A stretch of 64,000 bases of DNA from an uncultured Dehalococcoidales bacterium (lineage in GTDB: Bacteria; Chloroflexota; Dehalococcoidia; Lucifugimonadales; Lucifugimonadaceae): positions 294 to 64,293 of the forward strand of contig CAZMBB010000005.1 of the NCBI GenBank assembly GCA_964564575.1. The letters are read 5' to 3'. The notes below the pieces were generated by a model that saw only the letters and a list, made by a program, of their open reading frames with translations, did not search any database and was not told the origin of the DNA. Shown here piece after piece: positions 18,210-29,000 of the stretch (positions within the stretch are counted from its first letter, which is position 1; every line of letters starts with the position of its first letter). The position numbers and the translations under genes were made by a program.

Positions 18210-19312
18210 CTTCAAGCTCGAAAGCGATTCACTCTGGCGTTCGGGAACGAATCGAGCAACGAGAAGAGTCGCTGTCGCCATTTGCGACGAAATCGAAGGA
18301 CGCAACTCGGAGGGTTGACGAGGAGCCCTCAGCGGTACGGGCAGCGTTCCAACGTGATCGTGACCGCGTGATTCACTCAAACGCGTTTCGAAGGTTGAAG
18401 CACAAGAGCCAGGTGTTGGTGAATCCTCAAGGAGACCACTTCACTACGCGGATGACTCACGTCTTGCAGGTGGCGCAAGTCGGGAGGACTATCGCTAGGG
18501 CGCTCAACCTGAATGAAGATCTTGTCGAGGCGGCGGCATTGGCTCACGACGTCGGCCATACGCCCTTTGGCCATATCGGAGAGCGAGTGCTTGATGAGCG
18601 GCTGCCGGATGGGTTTACTCACGCTCGGCAAGGAGTTCGTACCCTGACACTGCTTGAGAAACATGGGCAGGGCTTGAATTTGACTGATCAGGTGGTCGAC
18701 GCTGTGCGCCGGCATTCGAAACCGGAAGGAAAGTTCATCGTTCCCGAGGCGGTGGCAGGTATGTCTTTGGAGGCGCAGATCGTGCGGATATCTGATGCGA
18801 TCGCGTACTTGGCTCATGATCTTGCAGACGCGGAGAGAGATGGAATTCTTGAAACCGGGGATGTGCCTATCGAGGTTCGTGATGCGTTGGGAGATGCACA
18901 CTCTTCTCGTCTGAATGCCATGGTCTGCAATGTGATCGATACATCATGGGACTGCACGGGCGAGTCGCGTGATCCGGGTATTCAGACTTGGATTCGAATG
19001 TCTGATGAGATGCGGGATGTGACTACGCAGTTGCGCAACTTCATGTTTGAACGTGTCTATCATCCGACATCGGCGTCTCCCGAAGGCATCCGGGCCCGAG
19101 ATGCCGTAGCGATGCTGCATGATTACTACACGAAGCACGGTAATGACATCCCGGAGTGGATGCGCGTGATATCGATGGAGCCGGAATACGCGGCGGCGGA
19201 TTTTGTGAGCGGGATGACTGATTCCTTTGCGGTGATGGCGCTAGAACGAATCTCGCCCGGCAGTGCCGAGGGGCTCTATCAAGGCAGGGTCACCCTCCCA
19301 CCTCCACACTGA
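18206..19312 (+). CDS. dGTPase-like HD-domain triphosphohydrolase
   Basis: Contains FQRDRDRVIHSNAFRRLKHKSQV, HDVGHTPFGH and DAIAYLAHDLADA. The start overlaps the glmS stop. Confidence 0.85.
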   Translation: MTSSSKAIHSGVRERIEQREESLSPFATKSKDATRRVDEEPSAVRAAFQRDRDRVIHSNAFRRLKHKSQVLVNPQGDHFTTRMTHVLQVAQVGRTIARALNLNEDLVEAAALAHDVGHTPFGHIGERVLDERLPDGFTHARQGVRTLTLLEKHGQGLNLTDQVVDAVRRHSKPEGKFIVPEAVAGMSLEAQIVRISDAIAYLAHDLADAERDGILETGDVPIEVRDALGDAHSSRLNAMVCNVIDTSWDCTGESRDPGIQTWIRMSDEMRDVTTQLRNFMFERVYHPTSASPEGIRARDAVAMLHDYYTKHGNDIPEWMRVISMEPEYAAADFVSGMTDSFAVMALERISPGSAEGLYQGRVTLPPPH

Positions 19313-19513
19313 AACGTCCCAAAATCACGCGAAAACTCTCTTTTTCCGCGAATACCTTGGAGGTGTTGAATCCGTCGGATTCTCGTTTATACTTCCGTAC
19401 GTCCTAGGCGTTTTCGGGCGTCGTGTCACCTTATGCAGGCCTGTGGCCAACAACTTCGGTGATAGGGCAATGGTAGGTGTCGGCAACCAGTCCAACACTG
19501 GAAGGGAGAGCAG

Positions 19514-21427
19514 ATGACCTTAGTCGACGAAGTCAAATCTCGACTGACCATTGTTGATGTCGTCTCTGACTACATTGCCCTCGACAATCCCACTTCCCGC
19601 ACGCCCAAGGCTCTCTGTCCGTTCCACGAAGAGCGCACGCCGTCATTCAGCGTATCTGTAGAGCATGGCAGTTGGCGGTGCTGGGGCGCATGCGGCGTCG
19701 GCGGTGACATGTTTGAGTTCGTCAAGCGCGCGGATGGTATCGAGTTCAAGGAAGCGCTTGAAAAACTGGCGGGTAAGGCGGGAATCGATGTCAACTTTCG
19801 CAGTCAGGAAGACGATGATCGCCGCAGGACCGAGTCTTCTGCGCTCCACGACGTCAATTTGATCGCCGAGCAATTCTTCTCCCGTCAGTTGGAAGGGGCT
19901 CAAGGCGCAGAGGCGTTGAGTTACCTAGAGTCGCGGGATATTGACGCGACGACGGCCCGACGACGCGGGATCGGATTCGCTCCGGGGGGCGTAAATTCGT
20001 TACTCGCATATCTGAGGTCGGTCGATGCGGACGCGGAGGCGGCGGTAGAAGCCGGTCTGGTGGTTAGAGGAAACGACGGCGGATGGCGGGACATGTTCGC
20101 GAACCGGATCACTATTTCGATACGCGACCAACGAGGCAACATCGTCGGGTTCGGCGCGCGGGCGATGGGAGATGCTCAGCCCAAATACCTCAATACCCAT
20201 GAGACTTCGATCTTTAACAAGTCGAAGCTGCTCTACGGTCTTCACTGGTCGGTAGATGCGATAAGGGCATCTGGCAGAGCGATCGTCGTTGAAGGTTATA
20301 TGGATGTGATTGCGGCCCAGGAACGAGGCTTCAAGAATGTTGTGGCCTGCATGGGGACGGCAGTGACGGCGGAACAGTTGCAAACCCTGTCCGTAGTGCT
20401 TCCCGACGATGCCGACAAACCGTCGTCGGTGGTCCTGTGTCTCGACGCCGATGAAGCTGGACAGGCGGCCACGTTGAGAGGTTTGAGGACAGCGATTTCG
20501 GAGTTCGGACGACATTCAGCGAGTCAAACCAACCCTCGTCGGTCTCAGATAGACATCAGGGTTGCCAGCCCAGTAGTGTCGGAGCACGGCGAACCAAAAG
20601 ACCCGGATGAGGCGATACGCAACGACAGCGCGGAGTGGGTTGCATCGATTGACCAGGCTGATGAGGTGATGGAGTTCGTGATACGCGCGAGTATCCGGAG
20701 CCACGATACTGGTAGCGATGCTGGCTTGGATGCGGCATTGAATGATATTGAGCCTTATTTCGAGAGTGTCCCACCGCGCACAATTCGAGACCAACGCCTA
20801 CTTGCCGACCTCGGGGACCGTTTGGATGTCGACATCGACCACCTGATGAACGTGCTGATCAGGAAGCGAGCGGGTCGCGTCACGCGCGACACCGGATCGC
20901 CTCAAGAAAATGATCAGCGTCGGAGGAATCAGACGCGGCGATTGAGAAACGTCAGCTCCGCCATGCCGATGGCGGCAACTCGAGCGAGTTGGGAGTTGGA
21001 CCTGCTCGCTTGCATGGTCCAGTACGAGTATGCAATCGATCACGTCGCAGAGGTAAAGCCGCAATATTTCACTGATCCTGTACGGATGCGTGTGTTCGAA
21101 GGCCTAAAGGTAGGTGGTAACGCCGATGCGTGTGTTGCCAGATTCGGCGGAGACGATGAAGTGTTGGCGCTGGTGAACCGTTTGAAAAGTGTTGCGCTTT
21201 CGCCCTCGGTCGAAGTGATTGAGGATCAGGCGGCAATAATTCAGATCGCGGAATATTGTGCGAACAGAACGCACATGGATTACCTTAAACGGACCAAGAA
21301 GAAGGAGGTGCAACTGGCTAAAGAGAACGGGAATTTGATGCGTGAAGATGACGTGAAAAGCGCGGTGAACACCAACCGCGCCATGAAAGAACTGGCGAAC
21401 CCGCGACACGCGGTGCCGAACTACTAG
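19514..21427 (+). CDS. dnaG: DNA primase
   Basis: Has the zinc ribbon CPFHEERTPSFSV...WRCWGCG and the Toprim motif VVEGYMDVIA. A GGGAG Shine-Dalgarno sequence lies upstream. Confidence 0.95.
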   Translation: MTLVDEVKSRLTIVDVVSDYIALDNPTSRTPKALCPFHEERTPSFSVSVEHGSWRCWGACGVGGDMFEFVKRADGIEFKEALEKLAGKAGIDVNFRSQEDDDRRRTESSALHDVNLIAEQFFSRQLEGAQGAEALSYLESRDIDATTARRRGIGFAPGGVNSLLAYLRSVDADAEAAVEAGLVVRGNDGGWRDMFANRITISIRDQRGNIVGFGARAMGDAQPKYLNTHETSIFNKSKLLYGLHWSVDAIRASGRAIVVEGYMDVIAAQERGFKNVVACMGTAVTAEQLQTLSVVLPDDADKPSSVVLCLDADEAGQAATLRGLRTAISEFGRHSASQTNPRRSQIDIRVASPVVSEHGEPKDPDEAIRNDSAEWVASIDQADEVMEFVIRASIRSHDTGSDAGLDAALNDIEPYFESVPPRTIRDQRLLADLGDRLDVDIDHLMNVLIRKRAGRVTRDTGSPQENDQRRRNQTRRLRNVSSAMPMAATRASWELDLLACMVQYEYAIDHVAEVKPQYFTDPVRMRVFEGLKVGGNADACVARFGGDDEVLALVNRLKSVALSPSVEVIEDQAAIIQIAEYCANRTHMDYLKRTKKKEVQLAKENGNLMREDDVKSAVNTNRAMKELANPRHAVPNY

Positions 21428-21439
21428 GAGGCGCTCAGA

Positions 21440-23779
21440 TTGTCTAACGAGAGCGACGGGCTAGAACACGTGACAAGAAATGATGCGGCGGTTGTCGAAG
21501 TGGTAAGCGAAGACGACGCCGATCTCCCATTTAGCGAAAGGTCACCAAGCACCACCCGACAAGCGGCCGTGGATCGTCACGCGCCAGAGGTCGAGGATGA
21601 ATCTGATGATGTTGAAGGTCAGGATGATTACGAGGATGTAGAGGCGGAACGCGACGAGGACGATGAGGATGACAAGGAACTGGAAGACGAGGAGGAAGGG
21701 GACACTCTTACTTTCGGCATGTTGGGTGGAGATGACGAAGAAGATGGCGACCGTCTAGGTGGCAACGACAGCCCGGCGGATGCATTGCTATCGACGTCTT
21801 CTCCGTCGAACACGATCTCGGATCTTGACAGTTGGGATGGCTCGGCGACTGGAGCAAAACAGCGCGCCGAGGTCATAGGTATCGAAAACACGATTGCCGA
21901 CGTCGATCTGACTGACGATCCGGTCCGAATGTATCTGCGCGAGATCGGTCGGGTCGAGTTGCTGACGGCGCAAGAGGAGCGCGAACTCGCCAGAAATCTG
22001 GAGCTGCGGCGCATCGTGGGGGAGATCGAGACGGATTTCCTCAACGAACATGAAACCAAGCCGTCGGCAACGGAGATCAATATCGAGGCAATGCATCGTC
22101 TGGGCAAGATGCAGAAAGCCGCCAAGGCGATGGTCATCTACTCCGGGTACTGCAACGAGGGGATGTCAGAGGTCTTCGGGGTGATCAATGAAGCGTTGAA
22201 GAACCCTTACCGGATTCCCGATGTCAGATACATCTCCGACATCTTCAACTGCTCACGAGAGGAAGCGGTCGAAGTTATCAGAGATTTGACCAGGTTACCG
22301 GAAGAGACTTTCCGGAAGATCAGTACTGTCAGGGCACGAAGAGCGTTCAAGAATCTGCCCAACGCCGGAGTTAGGGAAGCTATCCGAGGTATTCTCAATT
22401 GTGACAATTCGACTGCCGAGATCGTCCGAGGTCTGGTGAATCGAATTGACGATGCGCCAATTGCGGACGTATTGACTCAACCAAGGCTACTCGAGATCGT
22501 CGCGGACCCCTACAGAAGGACGTCCGCAACTCCGATCCGTAGGAAATTAGGAGGATCGAGGGAAAGCGCGCTCGAGATAGTCAAGGATTTGGCACCGAAC
22601 TTCGGTCACACAGAGTTCTCTCTGGATGGTCAAAAGTTATTCGGTGCTTGGCGTGAAACTTCGCAAGAAAAACGTGTGAAGACTTTGCGCGACGGTCTGA
22701 AATGCTCGGAGGAGTTCGCGGAATGGATGCTGAGTCTCGCCGATCAGTTCGCGACTACCTATCTCGCCGATATGCTGATGGATCCGATTATCCGTCAGTG
22801 TCTCGACGAACCGTACTCCGACGATCGGATCGAATATCTGGCGAACATCATGGATTGCGACGAGGATGAGTCGAAAGCCACGATCCGCAATCTGTCGCTG
22901 TTGACACTGTTGATAGCCAATGAGACGCCGGACGCGATTGAAAGCAACCCGCAGATCTTTGAGATCGAACAAGCTCTGGACAACGAGGCTGTCCAAAGGC
23001 TCTTCTACTATGGGCCGCTACTCGACGCCCATTTGACGACGATCCGGAACCGGGGCACGGCTTCCGACATCCACATCACGAAGGCGAACTTGCGATTGGT
23101 GGTGTCGGTGGCTAAGAAATACATGGGCCGTGGGATGAATCTCTTGGATCTCGTTCAAGAAGGGAACATCGGCTTGATCCGGGCGGTGGAGAAGTTCGAC
23201 TATCGGCGCGGTTACAAATTCTCGACCTACGCGACGTGGTGGATCCGCCAAGCGATAACAAGGTCGATCGCAGATCAGGCGCGAACCATCCGCATTCCTG
23301 TTCACATGGTTGAGACGATCAACAAACTCTTGCGGATCAGCCGTCGATTAGTCCAGGAATATGGTCGAGAACCGACACCTGAAGAGATCGCGGTGCACAT
23401 GGAGACGACACCACAGAAGGTGCGTGACACGCTAAAGATCTCGCTACAACCGGTATCACTCGAAACTCCTATCGGCGACGAGGAGGACTCGACACTAGGC
23501 GACTTCCTCCCCGAGACCAACACAGACGGTCCGATCGAGGAAGCTTCGTCGAACCTTATGAGGGAGTCGGTCCAGAACATACTCGAAACGCTAGATGCCC
23601 GCGAAAAGCAGGTGATTGAACATCGTTTCGGTATGAAGGACGGCAGGTCTAAGACTCTAGAGGAAGTTGGCCGTTACTTCGGTGTGACCCGCGAGAGAGT
23701 GCGACAAATCGAGGCCAAGGCACTTCGAAAACTGCGGCATCCTACGCGTAGCCAGAAGCTACGCGGATTTGTGGACTAA
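21440..23779 (+). CDS. rpoD: primary RNA polymerase sigma factor (sigma-70 family) with acidic N-terminus and long repeat-containing non-conserved region
   Basis: Region 1.2 is [17 protein letters not shown]. Region 2 is [11 protein letters not shown]...[17 protein letters not shown]. Region 4 is [19 protein letters not shown]. The TTG start at 21440 lies 8 nt after AGGAGG. Confidence 0.95.
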   Translation: MSNESDGLEHVTRNDAAVVEVVSEDDADLPFSERSPSTTRQAAVDRHAPEVEDESDDVEGQDDYEDVEAERDEDDEDDKELEDEEEGDTLTFGMLGGDDEEDGDRLGGNDSPADALLSTSSPSNTISDLDSWDGSATGAKQRAEVIGIENTIADVDLTDDPVRMYLREIGRVELLTAQEERELARNLELRRIVGEIETDFLNEHETKPSATEINIEAMHRLGKMQKAAKAMVIYSGYCNEGMSEVFGVINEALKNPYRIPDVRYISDIFNCSREEAVEVIRDLTRLPEETFRKISTVRARRAFKNLPNAGVREAIRGILNCDNSTAEIVRGLVNRIDDAPIADVLTQPRLLEIVADPYRRTSATPIRRKLGGSRESALEIVKDLAPNFGHTEFSLDGQKLFGAWRETSQEKRVKTLRDGLKCSEEFAEWMLSLADQFATTYLADMLMDPIIRQCLDEPYSDDRIEYLANIMDCDEDESKATIRNLSLLTLLIANETPDAIESNPQIFEIEQALDNEAVQRLFYYGPLLDAHLTTIRNRGTASDIHITKANLRLVVSVAKKYMGRGMNLLDLVQEGNIGLIRAVEKFDYRRGYKFSTYATWWIRQAITRSIADQARTIRIPVHMVETINKLLRISRRLVQEYGREPTPEEIAVHMETTPQKVRDTLKISLQPVSLETPIGDEEDSTLGDFLPETNTDGPIEEASSNLMRESVQNILETLDAREKQVIEHRFGMKDGRSKTLEEVGRYFGVTRERVRQIEAKALRKLRHPTRSQKLRGFVD

Positions 23780-23802
23780 AGCGCTCGCTGCGGTTCGCGA
23801 CC

Positions 23803-24627
23803 TTAGCGATCAGTGACCGAGCCGCCGTTGATGTTGATCGCCTGACCGGTGATATAGGCGGCGCGCGGGCTGCAGAGGAATCCGATCAACTCGCCGACCT
23901 CCATGTCCTCGGCCGGACGCCCTAGCGGGACTTGTGCGGCACGGCTCAACCACTCGTCGCCTCTGCCGACCGGGTCAAGACGCGCTGTCTCCGTCATGCC
24001 AGGACAGACGCAGTTTGCGGTTATCTCATGCTCCGCAACTTCTTTCGACAGCGCCTGCGTGAAACCGTCCACCGCAAAGTTCGCCGCGTTGTAGGCGGCC
24101 ATCCGAGCGTTGCCACGTTTTCCTGCGGTCGAGGAGATGTTGATAATCCGGCCACCGCTGCCTTGTTTGATCATCTGAATCGCCGCGGCTTTGGAGCAGA
24201 GATAAGTGCCGATCACCTTCACCTCCAAGACCTTTTTGAACACGTCCTCGGCAACCTCAACGACCGGTACCCGGTCTTCCCCATAAGGCGCGGCAGCGTT
24301 ATTGATGATGATGTCGACGCTACCCAGCTCCGCCACGGTATCGTCTATAAGCGCTTGGACTTCATCAGATTTGGCGACGTCCATCACGACTGTCTTGGCT
24401 TTCACTCCGAAAGACCTAACCTCATCCGCGGTCGAATCGATATCGCGCCAACCCGCCTTCTTTTCATCAGGGGGGAAAGTCGAGGGGTCACGACCTGTTC
24501 CGGTCACGACCACATCGGCACCCATTCTTGCGAGAACGTTGGCCGTCGCCCGGCCTATCCCGCGCAGCCTTCCGGCACCGGTAACTATCGCCACTTTCCC
24601 ACTCAACTCGCGCTCTGAATCAGACAT
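23803..24627 (-). CDS. SDR family oxidoreductase (FabG-like)
   Basis: Contains VAIVTGAGRLRGIGRA, NNAA and YNAANFAV. Start ATG 24627 lies 6 nt after GGAGGG. Confidence 0.85.
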   Translation of the reverse strand: MSDSERELSGKVAIVTGAGRLRGIGRATANVLARMGADVVVTGTGRDPSTFPPDEKKAGWRDIDSTADEVRSFGVKAKTVVMDVAKSDEVQALIDDTVAELGSVDIIINNAAAPYGEDRVPVVEVAEDVFKKVLEVKVIGTYLCSKAAAIQMIKQGSGGRIINISSTAGKRGNARMAAYNAANFAVDGFTQALSKEVAEHEITANCVCPGMTETARLDPVGRGDEWLSRAAQVPLGRPAEDMEVGELIGFLCSPRAAYITGQAININGGSVTDR

Positions 24628-24711
24628 CGTCGTCCCTCCGGGGGAATTCAATTAGGTATACGAGCAACTGCTGAGCAGCAATTGTACGGAGTGGAGGACG
24701 CTGACGGGGGA

Positions 24712-25782
24712 TTACGCGTCGGGAGAGGGAGATCCGAGGGTGACCGGGATTTCCATGACGACGGCTGAATCGCCAGCCCCTCGAATGGCGGTCACCACGA
24801 TGTCGGTGCCGTGAGGGTGCGTGCGCAGAAATTCAGTGAAATCTGTGACGCCTCGGATACGAGTGTCGTCGATGCTCACAATGATGTCGTCGATCTCGAA
24901 TTCGGCCGCAGCGGGCGACTGAGGATCCACATAGCGAACGCCGAATCCCTCGTTGACTGGCAACGCTTGCTGAAATGCCAGATACGGTGTTACATCGACT
25001 CCGCCAATACCGAGGTAACCCGGTTCCTCTCTCTCCCCTAGAGCGACCAATCGGTTGGTGCCTTCTAGGATGGTATTGATGTCCAGAGCGAAGTTCGCGC
25101 CATTGCCAACGCTCAGACTACCCACATTGATCCCGATTACCTCGCCTGATGAGTTGATAAGAGCACCGCCGCTGCTGCCGAGATTGATAGCGGCGTCAGT
25201 CTGTATCAGATCCTCAAACACAGTGCCGTCCGAGTCGGCGACCGTACGGTTGACCGCGCTGACCACGCCGCGACTCACGCTCGGACCGCCGCTAAGACCG
25301 AAGGCATGACCGATCGACACAACATCCTCACCGACTCTTAAGTCGCTGGAATCGCCGAATTCTGCTGGTACCAATTCGTCTGCTTCCACCGTCAAGACGG
25401 CGAGATCGAGATCGCTGTCCTCTCGCATTAACTTAGCGGGCAGCCTGACGCCCGAAGGAAGGACTACCTCAATTTCGTTCGCGCTTTCAACGACGTGCCA
25501 GTTGGTGATGATCGTGCCTTGCCCATCGAACACGATTCCGGTGCCGGTACCCGAACCATCGGCGCGGCGGACAGAGACTTGGACGATGGATGGAGTTACT
25601 GCCTCGACAACATCGGGAATCCAAAGTCCAACAGACAATCTGTTAGATGGCGCGGTTTCACCGGTTATCGCCCCGGCCTCTTCGGTGGGAGGCGCGCCGA
25701 ATACACACGCGGTCGCAAGTAAACCGAGTAACAACACCCCGCTGATCGCCACCCTTGCATTTATGCACTGTAGAGGTCTCAC
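24712..25782 (-). CDS. trypsin-like serine protease with C-terminal PDZ domain (HtrA/DegP family), exported
   Basis: Has an N-terminal signal-like segment, then TNWHVV, DLAVL, GSSGGALIN and a PDZ-like tail. Confidence 0.85.
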   Translation of the reverse strand: MRPLQCINARVAISGVLLLGLLATACVFGAPPTEEAGAITGETAPSNRLSVGLWIPDVVEAVTPSIVQVSVRRADGSGTGTGIVFDGQGTIITNWHVVESANEIEVVLPSGVRLPAKLMREDSDLDLAVLTVEADELVPAEFGDSSDLRVGEDVVSIGHAFGLSGGPSVSRGVVSAVNRTVADSDGTVFEDLIQTDAAINLGSSGGALINSSGEVIGINVGSLSVGNGANFALDINTILEGTNRLVALGEREEPGYLGIGGVDVTPYLAFQQALPVNEGFGVRYVDPQSPAAAEFEIDDIIVSIDDTRIRGVTDFTEFLRTHPHGTDIVVTAIRGAGDSAVVMEIPVTLGSPSPDA

Positions 25783-26084
25783 GTCCTCACCCCAGATCGG
25801 TCACTTTTATGGAAGAGGAAGCTTTAACTCGATTATATCTAGCGGCGTATTTCGGCTTTGAACCGGACTAGTTCGAATCAAACTGAAACCGAAGCGCGAC
25901 GAGTTACGTATCTTAACTGTCTCTGTACGACGAAAGGGACGGGTTCTAAATCCCGCGTTAGAATGAAATGTTGCTAAACCCCCACCTCACGTCACTCCAT
26001 ACCGACGAATCCGTCCAACTTGGCGATCATATGCCGACAGCCCACCTTTTGGAATCCCTCATCAGGGATTAAAGGACCCTTACT

Positions 26085-29000
26085 CTGAATTTCATCAGGT
26101 TCACACTACGTCGAGTTTCGGGTGAAGCTACCCTCCTCATCGGCGCTTTCGTCGGTTCTCTTATCACCGCTACCGTCATTGCAGGTGCTCCTGTCTATCT
26201 ACGGACTTTGGAACGCGCTGGAGTCGCGGACACGATCGACGCCGTAATTCCGATTTATCAGCATCTCCAGGTGAACACTTCGTGGTTGCCATTGGAAGTC
26301 GGGAAGTATGAAGACGCCAACGAGGCGATAGCAGCTTCGCAAAAGGAGTACCTCGACGGCGCGATCACGGGAAGCGCAGCATTCATCAAGACACGTCGAG
26401 CCAACTGGGGGTACGAAGGAGAGGGGCTCAGGCGTCACAACGAAGCCTCACGGGCGATGTTCCTCTCAGCATCCGACATCAATGATCGTATCGTCTATAT
26501 CGTTGGCAATGCCCCATCCAATCTGGTCTCATTTGAAGACGACGTTCCTACTGTAGAAGCATCTCTCGTGTGGGACCGCGCGTCGCAGTTCGATATCCGC
26601 GTAGGCGACATCGTGGACACTGTGCCAGAAGTCCGCGGAATCGGTCTTGTCCGAGCCCGGATCACGGGAATCTACACCCTCTCCGACCCAGCAGACGACT
26701 ACTGGACTGGACTTTCAGATCCCATCATTCGACCGCGGGCGATCGTCGATGGTCGCGAGAACCCCATCGTCTTGTTGATCGAAGAGTCGGTGATGCTTGA
26801 CACCATCGCCGAAGCCAATGCTGGTCTGCCCGCCGAGTTTCGCTGGCACCTATTCGTAGACAGCGACTATTTCAAAGATTTGACGCTCAATGATTCAATA
26901 ACTCGACTAGCCGACTTCGAAGACCGGATAAGCCTTGAGGTCACAAGAGCCGACGTGCTGACTGTCCTCGAGTCTCGCTTGAACTCTTTGCAGCGACGCA
27001 TGCTCTTCGCCCGTATCCCGATGTTGCTGTTAGCGGCTCTCGCGATTACATCTATCGCTTACTACTTGTTCATGGTGGCCGGCATCATCGCACGGCGTCG
27101 CGCTTCTGAAACTTCGATGCTCCGCAGCCGGGGGATAGCAGTCGTCCAGATCTTCCGTTCCTATGCCATCGAGAGCGTCATCATCGCTGGCGTCCCTGCC
27201 ATCATCGCGCCGCTTGTAGGGATCGGTCTAGTGGCATCACTAGGCCTCCTTCCCGCCTATCGGAGCGTCTCGGAGTCGCTTTTCTTGAGCGTTGATTTCG
27301 CTTGGCAATCTTGGATCTGGTCGATTGGCGCTGGCTTGTTCGTCTTCGGGATATTGTTGCTGCCTGCGATCTTGGGGACTCGGCGCGGGATCATCGATCA
27401 GTACCAATCTGAGGCCCGGCCTGAGCAACCACCGTTCTTCCAGCGGTACTACTTAGACCTGATCTTCCTGGCCATCGGATCTCTGGTCTGGTGGGAACTG
27501 ACCACACGCGGCTCCGTAATCGCGTCGACCCGTGAGGGCGAAAACTCTGCCGACATAACGCTGCTTTTCGCTCCGGCATTGTTCCTGCTCGTGGTTGCCT
27601 TACTCTTCATGCGTCTCTTCCCGATATTGGCGCAGATAATCGCTGCTATCGGGTCTCGCTTCACGTCCGCGGAAGTCACGCTAGGCCTTTGGAGGTTGCG
27701 GAGGAGCCCGTACTGGTACGTCTGGCCCGTCCTGCTTCTCGTCCTCGTATCAGGATTGGGTGTTGTTTCTGGCACCCTCGCATCCACCTTGGCTCGAAGC
27801 ACCGAGGAGCAGATCCTTTACGAATCAGGAGCCGATTTCCGGTTCGTGCCTTCTTTTCCACCTTCGAGCGATGTAATCGAGCAAGCCCGTGAAGTCGACG
27901 GTGTCAAGAACGCAACTGAGGCGTTTCGAGCCTCAGGCCGTTTCGGAACTACATCTTTGGGTTTCGGCTTCAATATGCTCGCGGTAGATTCTCATCGCTT
28001 TGCAGAGACAGCGTGGTTCCGGGAAGACTTCTCTGAGACGGAATTCAAGGAGTTGACCTCCAAGATCGCGGTGGAAGTCAAACCGGAACCGATATTCCTG
28101 CCCAGCGACACCGTACGACTCGGAGCTTGGGCGAAGTCAGAACCGCGCGTCGAAAACCTGTTCCTGTGGCTCGTAATCAGAGACGCGAAGGGTCGGTCTC
28201 GAACTATCACACTCGGTCAGATCGAGAGCGAGTGGCAGCACCAGACAGCCGATGTCTCGAGTCCCTTCACCGAACCTGCTCAATTGGTCTCGGTGCAAAC
28301 CTTCATGCAATCCGGACCAGACGGAGCAGTGCCGACATCTGCATTCTTTGACGATGTGTACGCCGAGAACAGCCGAGGCGAGCGCACGATCCTAGTCAGT
28401 TTCGACGAGTTCAGCGAATGGACGGGGATGCCCACTTCCAATGGTCTCGATGTTATTTTCGGCATCGACGACGAACCGCCCGGCCTGACTGTCGATGTCC
28501 CTGGAGACCGAGGGTCGTCGGTAGCCCGGGTCGAGATGGATCGAGGAAACGATCAAGGCGTCCGAGGCATCTACCGAACTGCCACAGGCGAACCGTTGCC
28601 AGTAATCGCCAGCGACGCGTTCATGTTCGAGACAAACACGAACGTCGGTTCTCAGTTCATCGTCCAGATCAGCGGCGGATACGTCCCCGTAGAGATCAAA
28701 GACACCGTCACCTACTTCCCGACTCTTGACCCTGACCGAGCACCGTTCCTCGTCGCGAATGTCGATTCCACAATCGACTTCCTTGAGCTCAGAGGCCTGA
28801 CCGCCCAGCGTCCAAACGAGTTGTTCGTCGCGGTCGAACCAGATATGCACGGTCATGTCCTCATCGAGTTGCGCAAGCTTTTGGGCTTCACCACGTATAC
28901 CGACAGGGCTAGTCTGCTTCAAGATTCGACCGTCGATCCGCTGGTCGTCGCTGGATGGCGAGGCATCAGCATCGTTTCGATCCTTATGGCTGGCGTAGCC

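Noticed and set aside
25871-25879. tRNA-like T-loop sequence gttcgaatc
   Set aside because: The flanking bases do not form a T-stem, and no acceptor or anticodon arms can be drawn.
25957-25980. dif-like sequence gttagaatgaaatgttgctaaacc near the skew switch
   Set aside because: Only the outer arm halves resemble known dif sites (TTAGAAT ... TAAAC). The inner palindromic CATAA/TTATG halves are missing. The match is too weak to call.
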